A stretch of 64,000 bases of DNA from Pavona decussata (lineage: Eukaryota): assembly GCA_977016875.1 (NCBI GenBank), contig CDRNST010000086.1:434001-498000 (forward strand), given 5' to 3'. Shown here piece after piece: positions 10,762 through 24,900 of the stretch. Both the position numbers and the translations under genes were made by a program. The notes below the pieces were generated by a model. It ran no database searches and was not told where the DNA came from. It worked only from the letters and a program-made list of their open reading frames with translations. How positions within the stretch are numbered: position 1 is the stretch's first letter; the number at the start of each line of letters is the position of its first letter.

Positions 10762-13700
10762 ATGTCTCAGACGCAAAATAGACGGCGAAAAGCACCACGT
10801 GAGTACCTAATGTAAAATTAATTTTCACTTTATGCAGTAAATGATTTTGATTTGTGTAGTCGTTTCGGAGTTTTATTTCACCGATTCCCGAACACATGGA
10901 GGCTCTACATCAGAAAGGTACAAACATAAGCTTAAGCATGCTTAAGGTTATTCGACAGTTACTAGTGAGGAAAGCATTATGGTATTTCGGTAGGAGCGTA
11001 ACTGATAATAACAGTCTAAAAGATCTTACATTCACGGCTAAATTAGTTGCGATAATGTTTTGTGACTTTTTGGCAGCTTTCAGATAATGCACTAGTCAAT
11101 TGAAACCCCCACCGCCCCGGGCCCGGGACAGGTAGGGGGATTTGACAAAGGCCCTGATCAAATCATACCAAAACCTCCAGCCCCTGGGGAAAATCTTGAG
11201 ATCAAATCCCCCTCCCCCTGGGAACAAATTGGCAAGGGATTAAAAAAAAAATCCTGAACCAAACAAACAAAACGAAAAGAAATCGTTCACACTGAATTAA
11301 TCAGGAGCAAAATATATTTTGATACTGGGCAATAGTTCTCTTTTAATAACGAAATATGTCGGTGCCATGGGTCTACGGGGCCTCGGTTTGGTCTAAAAAG
11401 TAAAGGGTGGGGGCGTTCCCGGGGCCAAACAAAACTTGTTGTGGATTATTAAATTTTGCAAGAATATGAATTTCACATTACAACAGAGCATTTCTGAACA
11501 GTGGTAGCTTTGAAAATGTTAAACATCACATTTCAGTACAAAGCCGCTTTCGACTTGGTGCATCCACAAGTCCCATGCATTCGAAATGGAACCACTCTAT
11601 AGGGCAGCCAGGATTATCACAAGCAATCATATTGGGTACAAGAGTAACAGGCCTGCACGGCTCCCTAGCGCGTGTTTAAGCCTTTTTTATAATTTGGCTA
11701 TTACGGGTATATCTTTGACTGACCGCCCTCTCAGTGTAACATATGAGGGGAAGGTCTTTGTAGACTTCTTTGAACAATGGTTGTTGCTCTATTAAATGCC
11801 AGGCTTTCATGAGGATTTGTTTTAAGTTTGGCACTGCTGGGTGTGTTTTGTAACGAAAGGCAAGATTCATTTGTTCTCCTTTGGTTTTTGAAGGAGTGCT
11901 CAGTAGTTTCCTGTTTTCAAATTGCACTTCTGAGAGGGTCCTTTGAACAAGGTTCTCGCCTGTAGGCGTGATTTAGGATTTTGAATTTACTCTTCAAATA
12001 AATATTATGTTTTAAGAAGAGTTTGTTCTGAGAAGGCTCAGTGCTTCGCCTTTGATGAAGCGTTTTTTAACCGCTGGTGGGTGGCACGAAGAGGAGTGCG
12101 TATATTGACATGTTTCAGTAGGTTTGAAGTGCGTATGCACATCAAGAACTGAATAATTTGCTTTTGAATCTTTCACCTTTATAAATGTTTGTATCCAGAA
12201 ATGTTTCTGTTTCTGAAATTTCAGCCGTAAATTTAATTGTGGGGTGGTGTTTATTGGCTTGCTCAATGAACTGCTTTATCTCCTCTCCTTAAAGTCCAGA
12301 GGGAAAATATGTCGTCCATATATCGTTTCCAAATGAGCGGTTTTAAAATCTCCATTTCAACCTTAGCTATGAGATATTGGCAAAGGCGACTGCCGTTTTT
12401 GTACCCATGGCTGCACCATGGGTTTGTAGGGAGAGTTTTCCATAGAGCTGGAAATTATGAATTTTCTTCTTTCTTCAGTTTGAATTGTCTTTAAACCAAA
12501 TTTTGCAAAGCATTTTGCCAATAATCAGCCAATATGGATGGCGCGAAAGTGACAACGTGCAATTGTTTGACTTCGCAACGGACCTCGGTACCAGTCAACC
12601 ACAGTCAAATCTCCCTGATTCCCCGAGGTGGGGACATATAAAGAAGCAAAACACATCTTATCTACCATCCCCAGGGGACAGATCTCTGATCAAAAGTGCT
12701 TATATGCCCCTATTATCCCCCTATCTGTCCCGGGTCCGGGGGGGGGGGGGGGTGGGGGTTTCAATTGACTAGTGCATAAGCTTATTGTGTATCATATCTA
12801 GAAAACTCTCTGTGATGTGGGATTTTTTAAGTAAATAGGTGATAAGCTTAAATCAAGGGACTCAAATTCAATGAAAAATGGCTTCAGATGTTGGAGAAAG
12901 AAAGGAAACAAAGCCTTGTATTAAAGTGGCATTCAATCTGCGATCCTTCTTACCTCTGGGGTCCCTCGCAGACGCTCTTTTGGCTCATCACGCAATCTTT
13001 CCTCTCCAATGGTGAAATGGTTAGGAAAAAAAAAACCATGACATTCAAATTTAACAGTTTCTTTGAATATATTTTACACACTCAAATAATTTTCAGGTCG
13101 TTGAAGGTTGCCTTTATTCACACCAGTTGTGTATTTCCATGTTCATTACTGCAGTAGAGAATTTGTTTGTGATACAAGAGAATCAAAAATATTTTTCTTT
13201 CCAAATGCCTTGAGCAAAGGTTCACCAGTGTATCTGTGTGTGGAACTAATGTTGCTATGTATATCAAAATGACAGAAGTCTTATTCTGGTAAATATAGCA
13301 TATTAACCCAGGATTCAGCAGTGGATCCTTCTGTCTTGGTTAGATGTGGAGTGAAAATAATTTAAATCTAACAAGAGAATTAAAAGATTGATGTGGACAA
13401 TTTTTAGCAAGTTCTGATGGCCAAGATTCTTCAAAAACAGTTCAAGCAAAAAAGGCAAAAGTTGATACGAATGGAACTGTGAATGGTACAGCAGCGACAT
13501 CAAGCTCTCGTTCAACACTAACATGGGAAATAGAAGCAGCTAAATCTACATGGACAAAGTATTCTGACAATCTTGTGGAGATAATTTCAGAAGCCTTCAA
13601 AAGTGGGAAGACAGATGTTGATATCTTGGATGGAAAAGCAGAACTAACTGTGATATTTGAGCGCATGGTGCAAAGGAATAAGAAAAGTGGATGGGAGAAA

Positions 13701-16700
13701 AGAATAAGATGTGTTTCAACAGCTGGAGACTCAGACCCAGATGAATGTAAGCATCAAATCCATACAGTACTAAAGTGTGACATCATAAATATTTGAATTT
13801 TTGAAATTATGGGATTTATTAAGATGTTCATAAAGAGCATGATGAAAAATGACTACTTGCCAAAAATCAGTATCTTATTACAATTTGGGAGTGAGATGTT
13901 GGAACTTTTATGCTCCATTGACTCCATGCAAATACTTCTAATTTTGTTTCTGTTCTGTACATTTAGAACAGAGACAAAATTATGAGGATTTGTATAGGGT
14001 CGGTGGAGCATAACAATACTATTATTGCACCCCCAAATTGCAATAGGATGCTGATTTTTGGCAAGTAGGCATTTTTCATCATGCTCTTTTAAAATATCTC
14101 AACAAATGCTATAATTTTGGAAATTTAGTTTTTGTGATGTCGTCACTTTAGTACTCTATGTATCACACATCAGTTATTAGCAAGTAAACAAAGATACATA
14201 TGTGTACTCTAGGGACTGTTGCAAATGTTTGCACAAAAGCCCTTTTCGAAACCAATAACAGCCCAATTAAAAACAGGAAAGATATACAAAGGATTAATCC
14301 AACCCAGGATTAATTCATCTGGATCTCTAAAATTTCAGTTTTATAGCTTATAAAATGAAGGTTTCTGTAGATTATTTTGGCTTACATTTTGACACGAGAG
14401 CCATCTTTCAGACTGGAACTAAAACAGTAGTATAAAGTGCGTTATGACAAAAGAAACAAAATGCTTTTTTAATATTCAATTTTCTGGATTAGAGTTTATA
14501 AGCACTAATTTAAATTAGAACAACTGGACCAAGGTTAGTTAATAGAAAAAGTGCAAGATTGGACACTGCAGGGCTTAAGAAAGTTATCTTCCAAATTCAA
14601 GATCAATAATGTGATGTGTGACAGAAGATGTCAACTAAAATGCTTATATATATAGCATGCATGACATATATTTTATTCGATGGTTTTACATATAATACGC
14701 GGGGATATTTTGCGAGTTGCGTTGTATTTTCGGGGCTCGGAAAAATACGAGCAATGAGCAAAATGTCCGCGAGTATTACATGTAAAACCATCGAATAAGA
14801 GATTTATTATTCCACTACAAAAAAATTTTGTTATTTTGGCTTCTCTGTTTTGGTAACAGTTTTGAAATACACTCGGCATTAACTGTCCATCGGTATATGG
14901 CGCGTACGAATGATGTAAACAATGCAGAAAGCCAGTTAAATGTCTTTAATTTGATTTGATAAAATGAAAAGATAAATGACAAGTGATTGGCATGCTAAAA
15001 ACTTGTTTTTGAGCTTGCATCGTTTCAAAAACTATTCTTCGTCGAGTCCGGCCATTGTTGCTCCTTTTTTCTGCCTTTTCCTTCCATATTCACTCTGTTG
15101 TAAACCGGTCAAACCGGGACACAACAGTGTATTATGGTCTCATATTTTGCGCGTTCTCTTGACCTTATTTGGTGAAATGACATAATAGTGGAATAATAAA
15201 GTCACATATTATATCTTTTGGTGCTTTACAGACCACTTCTGTTGATGAGGTTGAAAAGTAAGCTTGTCATATGCTGTAAATGACAATTCAAAAAAGTTTT
15301 TGAGGTAGCATGGTCAAGTGGTTAGGGTGCCAGACTTGAAATCTGGAGGTCCCGGGTTCAAGTCCAGCTCTGACAACTAGCTGGAGTTGTTTCTTGGTAG
15401 CCCCAAGTTCAACTCCTCGGCCGTGCTTGTAAATAGCCAGCTGGTCTGCCTCCTGCCAGTTGGGATTCTTAACCTTGTTATTTTCAATTTAAATTAAATT
15501 GTGTTTGGAAGTTTAATACTTGGCCACAATAGCAATTGTGCTATAAACACTGCTGAGGGTAAATAAAGGTTATTTATTTATTTATTTATTTATTTTAACT
15601 TCATCATTCCAAGTGTCATTTTGCTCGTCATTTAGATACCTGGGAATGGGAAGATGCAAAGGGTAACTGGACAGAATATTCCAAACCCACTGTCTACCTT
15701 TTAGAAGCTGCTTCCATGTTTGGTTTAACCAGTGTCAGGTTGAAAGAGGACAAAAAAGATCTTATTGTGGATTTCACAAAGAAAATTCAAACAACTAAAA
15801 CTGGGAGAGGATCTAAGAATGTTCATAGGATCAAAGCTAGTGATGCTGGTAGGTGAATATATTCAAGACATTTGTGTTTAGTTTGTATTGAAGGTGATCT
15901 CAAGTGAATATATTCAAGACATTTGTGTTTAGTTTGTATTGAAGGTGATCTCAAGTAAATAATAATGAATGATGTTGTTAGGCTGCATCAGTGAGAAGCT
16001 TTTGTGAGTGGTGAAGTACAACTGTTTGGATCACTTTAAACTTTACTTTTAAGGGGATCATGGGTAATCAGGGCAAACATGGCAGGAAGTACAGAAATTT
16101 GTACAGGAATGGTAACTTAAAACATCTTCATCATACATCTGTTGTGCAGTTCCAGAAAAAATCCATACCCACCCCATGGAAGGTCATCAGAAATTCCTAG
16201 GGGGAGGGGGGTCTTAAAAGTCAAAAGTTTAGAAGCAGAGTATAAGGCTTAACTGGAATTTTCTGGGGGGAAAGGAGGATGCAAAACAAAAAGCCTTCAG
16301 TGGGGGGAGTATGAATGTTTTCTGGAACTGCACATTTAATGAAAAATTATACTACTTTTGACATGTAAGACAGATGTGCAAAGATAATGTGAGAATCTGT
16401 TTTACAAGATTCTCTAACAAGCATGAAGTGGTCTACTGTCTGTCATTCTTAATTATATTACATCTATTTATTATTTATGTAATTTTTTGTTTTGATGTAT
16501 CATGGTACACAGCTCTAGTCATCCAACAGATTAAAATGCCCTGTTTGTCGCAACTGTTATGACATATGTACACTTATAGGGAAAAAAATTAACACTCTGT
16601 GATTATATGTATGCCTTTCCTCTTTCAGGTGCTTCAAAAGTATCGTCATCTCCTAAAGCTGTTAAAACAGACACGAGTGTAAAGAAAGAAAACAAGAAAG

Positions 16701-18831
16701 TGAAAAAAGTAGAGGCTGATACTAAAGTGAAAGCTGAAAAAGGTTAACTAAATTTGTTTTGGCATTATCCTGTTGAGTCTGCACCTTGATTTCTGCAGGT
16801 TAGAGTAAGCTACATGCAGAGTATGAAACTAGTGAGGCATTGAGAATAATATGAGATTAGCCCCGTCAGCCATTGACCAGGAACTATTGTTGTTAATGGG
16901 ATGACAGCTCAGACAACTGTTTAGTATTTTCGTGATTAGAATTATGTTTTTTTTTCCCAGATGAAGTGAAATCAGTCGTGTTCAGTGGTAAGGCCCCAGT
17001 CGACAGTCACTGTACCATTAAAGACAGCACTCATGTGTTTACAGAGGGTGAATGCATCTGGGATGTGATGCTTAACCAGGTAATTACCTCCTTCTTGTGA
17101 TATGCTGACATGGTACATGTAGATTAGAAGGGAAAGTTGTTGGCAAAATGTTGGTGTATAACCCATTTCTCCTTGCCCACAATACCTCGATGGGATGACC
17201 ACTTTGTAGTGTTGGGATGGCTTATGTGTCTCTGTGACCCTTACACCTATGCTGGAGGGAATTTCAGCTCTGGGCCACCCATGCTGAACAAGTCAAAGTG
17301 TAGAGGCTAGACAAAGAGTGGTCCTCTGGTCCTCCAGATTGGGGGTTGAACGTATGGCTAGCAACCTTATCCAGGGGGTTTATAAGGCCCAGGCAACCGG
17401 GCAAATTGAAGAACATATCCAAGCTAACTATCCTTTCCTGGTGTACTAACCTCTGCCCACTTCTTCAAAATCTTAATGAAACCCCTGCTTAATAAATTTA
17501 GTATGCTACAGAAACCAAAACCAGTATAGTTGAAAGGGTGTGTACTGGTAGATGCCCTTTACTCTCCTGAAATTGCTAAGGATTGATGATGATGATGAAG
17601 ATGATAATGATGATGACAGAGTGACAAGAAGTTATTGAAAGTAAAGGCCAGGAGAAATAAACCATTTTGACCCCTTTGCCATTATGTATAATTCTCTAGG
17701 CCATAACTAAAGGTGACTGGTGAGAGAAAAAAATCAGAACTGTAAAATGGAGTTAATATAAAGAAATAAAATATTTATGGACCATTGGTGATCATATTAT
17801 TAATCTCTTTGCTTATTGGCAATCACCCAGCAAGAAGACTAATGATTTGTAAACTCCAAGATGCTTCATTCTTCAGAACTAATTTAATCTCTTGCTGTAC
17901 GTATGATGTATGGTCCAAGTTAAACAGTACTGTAATCTATATTTTGCCATTATTTCTTTTTGAAAAAATTCCACCCCTGGTTTTATAGCTCAATAGTTTA
18001 AATTCTTGAAGTATACAGCATGTTTCACGCATTGCATATAATTTCCTTGCAGACGAATGTAATGAACAATAATAACAAATACTACCTGATTCAACTGCTG
18101 GAAGACAACCGAGCCAAGAAGTATTATGTCTGGCAAAGATGGGGACGAGGTAATTATTTCGAAAAAGATTATTTCGTTCGTTAATTCTTGTTTACTTTGT
18201 GGCGTATTGTACAGTTCCAGCAAAACTCCATATCCACCCTATGGAAGGTCATTGGAAATTCCTAGGGGGAGAGGGGTCTTAAAAGTATGAAGCTAAACTG
18301 GAATTTCCTGACTGGATGGGTGGTGTAAAACAAAAAACCTTCCATGGGGGGAGTATGGATATTTTCTGGCCTTAGACATTTATTCTTTTATTTAAATTAA
18401 TTACTGCCGTGTCATATACTTTATGCTTGTATTGCTGTTTAATTGTGAGTAGCCTGCGAGAGCAGACGCATTTTCCGACTTTTGTTTTACCTGCCGTGGT
18501 TGAAAGAAATGTTGGAAAAGGCGTCTGCTCTCACAGGCTAAATTGTGAGCTAATTTTGCAAAAAAATTTGTCTTTCAGTTGGGTTCAGTGGACAAAACAA
18601 TTTAGTTACTTGTGGTGCAGACCTTGAAGAGGCTAAAAAAGTCTTTACAAAAAAGTAAGTTTGGTTACTTTGTGAAACGTGCACAAGTATGCATAGCTTG
18701 ATGCAAATGTAACAAAAACAATACACAGTTCAATATCATTCAGCAAATACTGCTCAGCAACTGTACATATAATCCTCATGGCCGACTCACAGTAATATAC
18801 ATGTGCAATGTAGCTCATAAATATAATAGTA

Positions 18832-18910
<79 letters not shown>

Positions 18911-21900
18911 GATAATAGTAATAATAATAAATCAACTTTGTTTAACGAGGGTGACACTTAATAATTTGTTACGACTGACAAACCTGTAACACTCAGATTC
19001 TGTATCGAAATTTGAATTTGGACGTGTTTGATTTTTAGGAGAGGGGAAAACCGGAGTACCTGGGGAAAACCTCTTGGAGCAAGGACGAGAAGCAACAATA
19101 AACCCAACCCACATTTGCTCCTGGAATGTCAGTCCCCTTCAAAACTATCTTACACAATTGCAGCCCATCTCTGCTGTCATTTTTAAAAGTTCTAGGTCTC
19201 CCTAAACATTACCACATTAAAAATTCACGTAGCATGCCCATGTGAAAATGGAAATGTTATAATATGAATTACATTCCTCTCATCAACTTAAAATGGCTTT
19301 CTTAGATTCTCAGACAAGACAAAGAACGACTGGCAAGATAGGGATAGTTTTGTAAAAGTTCCAGGAAAGTACGACCTACTCATCATGGACTACAATGCGG
19401 AACAAGAGGAGAAAGACACTGTTGATGCACCTGTCAAAGAAGAAAAACCTGTTTTGGAAAGCAAACTGGACCAGAGAATCCAAACCTTAATAGAATTGAT
19501 CTGTAATGTACAGGCTATGGAAGAAATGCTGAAAGAGATGAAGTATGACACAAAGAAAGCACCTCTAGGTTAGTTTTTTTTTTGTTCCTTCCTTAATTAA
19601 TTAGACTGTTTGTCTTAAAGGGAGGGGTTCACTAAATGCTTTTTTCTCTTTCTTATCAACTTTATGGACTTAATAATCCCACTCACCTGTACTTCAGTAA
19701 TCACATTCTATAATTAGTCCAAGCAAAATGACTGATGACCAAAATTCACAGAAAATGCTAGTGGATTGTACTCATATTGTCGATATTGAATTTAGTATTG
19801 ACCCATAGGATTTATTCCATGGTTGATGTGTTTTCAGTTATTTGCATGTGAAATAACGCAATCATTTGAAAAATTACCACCCAACTTACCTATTACCTAT
19901 ACCTTCCGAATTAAATTAAACAGGCTTGGGTCATAGTGAGCAAAGGCGAAAAAGTATTTTGTTTATGGACATGCACAGAACCGTGAACCCCTCCCTTTAA
20001 ATGCCATACAATTTGCAAGCAAGTAATAATTAATGTTGTCCCTTTTCTCTCTTCCAGAAATCCTATACTAATACCCTGCTGTTCCTTTTTTCAAATTCAC
20101 GTCAAGTACCGTATTTATATGATTAACTGCCCACCTAGGCTCGATTTCCAGCCGCTGTTCGTACTGCCCACCCTGAAAGCTCAAAAAGTTAATAAGCGCC
20201 CACCCCACCACCTCCCAAGAAAAAACATTTCTGTACCAGCCTAGAGTGTAGTAAGAGGAGCGTCAGTTGCATTCCAAAATTGGTTTTAGATACGGTAGTC
20301 AATGAAATTTTATTTTTTTTATACTTGTTCATCTAGCTTTTGCATTTTTTTTTTTGTTGCAGTGAAATAAACTTGTTATCCCTTGTTTTGTTATTCTCTA
20401 AAAATGTCCTTATAATACTTTGTTGCTAAGTGCAGTTGGCACTCAAGAATCTGTAACAAAATCTATGTCAATAATATAATTTGTTATTTTAAGGAAAGCT
20501 TACCACTGACCAAATCAAGGCTGGCTATGAAGCCCTAAAGAAAATTGATACCTGCATCAGAAACAGCGACTTTGGTTCAAAGCTGGTAAGGGCCTGCGAC
20601 GAGTTCTACACAAGGATTCCTCACTGTTTTGGGTAGGTGTTTCCATGTAGATTACCAAATTGTGATGTATTGTACTTGATAATACTCTCTTTTAGAAAAT
20701 ATTTGACGTGAATCTTGTTGCTTTCTTTAAGAATGAAGAGACCACCTCTCATAAGAACAACAGAGGAAGTGAAGATCAAACTGGACTTGCTGGAGGTATA
20801 AACATTATTCCAAAATGGATGCCATTTTAAATAATATTCTTTTGTTTGCACTCAAATTAGCCCTTCTTGCCTCGTTCAAGATAAAATATTCTTTTGATTT
20901 TTGAGTTTAAGAATATTAAAATGGTAGCCATTTTAGAATAACGTGCAGGTACAATGCTTGGTTATGTGTATGTTTGGTTGATGATTTTCTATACTTTGCG
21001 AAATGTTCAGAAGACCATTTTATTAACAGCTAAACCAAATGGAAAACTACGAAGAGAATACTAAAACAAACAAGACTGCTACCTAAGAAAAATTTGAAGG
21101 AGTCCACAAGGCCACAAACCAAGAACGTGAGAGCACACTAACTCGAACTCCCAAGGGAGACCAAAAATAGTTAGTGAGTTAGCAGGGGGTAAGCGAGGAT
21201 TCAAGTTAAAAAAAATATTTTCCCAATCATGAGTCACTGGTGCAGTAAGTTTGTTTATAAGAGCCTTTTGATAAGAATGTTTAATTTGGGAATTTTAGAC
21301 AATACTTTTAGAACATGTTAAGGAAAAAACAAGGTTGAGGTCATCGTTTCCATACGTAACACACGTAATCAGTAAAGATTGAAGATTTGAACACTCCAAT
21401 TGGCCATGTTGTGACATTTTTAGATTTATTGACCAGCATCCTTGAAATAGAGTTATTGGGGTAGATTTGAGCCAAGGGAAAGTAAAATTAGTTCAAGTTA
21501 GCAGGGGTTCGAGTTAACTGAGTTCAATTAGCTGATACTTTTTAATAGTAAATGACTGAAAAATGGGTTCAAATCCCGGGGAAATCGGATTTTGTTTGAG
21601 GTAGATGCAGTTCAAGTTAGCAGGGAGTTTGAGTTAGTGGGGTGCTACTGTGATAATCTATACAGTCTGGTTTCTGCTTAAATTGCTGGCACTGTTTCTT
21701 TTCACAAGAACTCTTGCCCACATGTAATAAGTTTGGAAAATAAGTGGTACGATGCATGACTAACTGATGGTTTCTTCGTGCAGGCTTTAGGAGATATTCA
21801 GATTGCTGTTAAAGCCATGCAGGAAGAAGCGGAGTCTCTTGAACATCCAGTTGACAAGCATTACAGAACACTTCATTGTGATCTTATGCCCCTCGATCAT

Positions 21901-24900
21901 GAACATGATGACTTCAAAGTAGGTTTGCTGTCTTGTACAAAATAAATGTGCAGTTCCAGAAAATATCCATACCCACCCACAGAAGGTCATTGGAAATTCT
22001 TCGGGGGAGGGGGCCTTAAAAAGCCAAAATTTGAGAAGCAAAGTATGAAGTTAAACTGGAATTTCCCTGGGGGTAGTGGGGTGCAAAACAAGAAACCTTC
22101 CATGGGGGGAGCATGGATATTTTCTGGAATTACACAATGCAACTCAGAACCTATCCTTGATGCCTGTCTTTTATAAAATCCCCCCCCCCCCTACCACCCC
22201 ACCACAGAAAGGATTGGGAAAACCTAGTCGTGGGGGGAACTCATACATGTAGGTCAAAAAGTTTAAAGAAATGTATGAAGCAAAGTGAAATTTCCAGAGG
22301 GATAGGGGGTGGGGTCCAGGTTTTTTTCTTGAACTGCACATTGGAAATGGAAAAGGTGGTTTCAAAAGGATAACTTTGCAATGGAAATGAACATGAAGGA
22401 GTAGGGATTCAAACCCATAAAGAACATTAATATTGTGGCTGGGGGTAGGCTGGTATGGGCATTTAAGATTTTGTGGAACAACATGCAATACAATGACTGA
22501 TTGTTCTTAGTATGTTTAGGCGCTTGCTTAAGACTGAATCATCTTGTAGTTTGGCTTCCCTGTCTAACTTCATTGCATAAACTAAGGCTAATCTACACGT
22601 TCCTGTTTATCAGCCCAATCACATGGGCCAATTTACATGTTACAATTTGTTGGCCAAATTATTTTTCTGTTGGTGAAGCACAAGGTGAAAATCAGCCTGA
22701 TTAATAAATTTGCAGCACTGTTACAGAGTTTTTTAAATCGGGATGTTTTTAGTACTATCACTCATTTTCATTGTCAAATTGGGTCAAATTGGCCTCAACA
22801 CAAACTTTCTTTTATTTTTGAAGATGATTGCTAAATATCTGGAAAATACTCATGCATTGACCCACAATCAATATCATATGGAGTTACTTGATGTGTTTGC
22901 AGTGGATCATGAAAAGAAATCCTTCACTGATGTTGGAAATAGGTAAGTAATGTGATGCTGTTGTGACTACAGATGTTGAGAAGCAGGACGCAGCTATGAC
23001 TATAGAGAACAACTAATTTCTGTAAAAACAAGAGAGGTTGTCAGTGGCTAAAAAAGTTACTTCCAAACTGAGGGCGATAACCGTGTCTCTCAGTACTTGG
23101 TGATGAAAGGTATGGTATGTGATTGAAAAGTCCAAGGTTTTCATAAATTTCTTTGGTTATTGACAACCTTTTTTATCTAAAGTGTTCCTACAATTACTGC
23201 ATTTTGCAGAACAGCGTCTTGTTTGTTAGTTTTCTAACATCACTTTTGTCTGCAAGTGGTATTATTTTACCCATTTATGTCTGAAAATAGGGCAAGTTGG
23301 GGGGGGAGGAGTTGTGTGTTTCTACTATGTACCCCCCGGATATGCTGGTCCATTCCTAACTTAACATAAAACAGTATGGAAGAAAGAACGGTGTCAGACA
23401 ACGAACAGACGATTGACAGAAGGAGAAAGAAATCTGTGAAGCTTCAGATGCGAGTATCACAAGTTCTGTTGTGGAGATTGGTTCTCTAGTTGGTTGTAGC
23501 CTGTGTATCTGGTGGTTTTTGTCCACGTGCGAATATAAAGTTTTGACATTACGCTGCAAGAAAATACCATTTCAAATCCTGGCCTTTTCCCCATTTCCCT
23601 CTGGGCTTTTCTGCTTGTTCGCCCAACTTTTGCCTTCGCCCAACATCTCGCCAGCTACACAGGCTAGCTAGTTGCTTTTCCCAAGCTCATCAGCTATATC
23701 CATTTACTTTTGCAATGTTTTTCTCTTGTAGGATGCTTTTATGGCATGGATCCCGTTTAACAAACTGGGTTGGCATTTTAAGTCAGGGATTGAGGATAGC
23801 TCCCCCAGAGGCCCCAGTGACAGGTTACATGGTAAGATCATGGTGAAGACAAAACAGTGTCATTGAGAATGACGGGTTAGGATGCAGTTTGTACAAATTG
23901 TACGTGATAGACAGTTAGTAGTAACTTTCTCAGATCTGTGTTTGCATGTGCTATGTGACTATTTGGTCGTTGGTGACCGGTACAACAGTCGTTGTCTTTT
24001 CATGTACCTGTAATTTCAGTGCAAGATTGTTGTGACAGATGTTTATAGTGTCCTGAAATTGTGTAAGCTTACATAAGACAAGTTTCGTTTGACCTGGAAA
24101 TGAATTAGGATGTTTCTTGGACAGATCTTTGCAATTCAGAAATTTCGGAAGGAAATCTGAAGATGTCTTTGGGGGTGTTAAGTAAATGCCGTTTTTAATT
24201 GAAAGAGTTAAAAAACTGCTTAGTAGATCAGTTTGGAAACTGTTCGTGAACCATTGGAACTCTCAACCTGGTTTACAAGGGAAAATCCTCGAAAGATGTT
24301 AACTGGATATTAAAGTTACTATAACTGGTGTATGGTTAATATTAATGTTTTTCCTTTATCGACTTGTAGTTTGGCAAAGGTATCTATTTCGCTGACATGT
24401 CATCTAAAAGTGCAAACTATTGCTTTGCTACAAGGACAAAGAATGTTGGCTTACTGCTACTTAGCGAGGTCAGTGAAATTTAGTTTTAGCGCATTTTTTT
24501 TTTAAATCTGTTTGCACCCCATGAACCATTCGTCCACCACTTGAAGGGTCGCTCCTCAAAACAGGTGAAACTCGAAATCGTGCACTTTGAGCATTACACG
24601 CCTTCTTCGAGCGATCTGTTATGGGAAATTGTGGAGAAGCAGAACATGACTTTCACTTAGTCTCTTGCTCGGAAGTTTCGATGCGTTCTTTACATTCTTC
24701 ACATGGAAAGCAAAGTGACTATTATTAAACCATGAATTAAATACAGCTGTACAATCAAGTGGCGTTTGAAATGAGGGGGAAAGGCATGCGAGTGACTTGC
24801 GCCTCATAATTTCATAATCTTGTTCTGAGAAAGTGGCGCGAGTTTGGCTAATCTAGTTTAGAAAAACAAAACCAAAGCAGACAAAGTTATTTTCAACTGA

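Noticed and set aside
15305-15380. tRNA gene (also 40475-40550 and 520-591)
   Set aside because: A/B boxes are present but no full cloverleaf is evident, and each continues into a SINE body.
18645-18935. Poly-Leu ORF
   Set aside because: Translation of the (AAT)n microsatellite.
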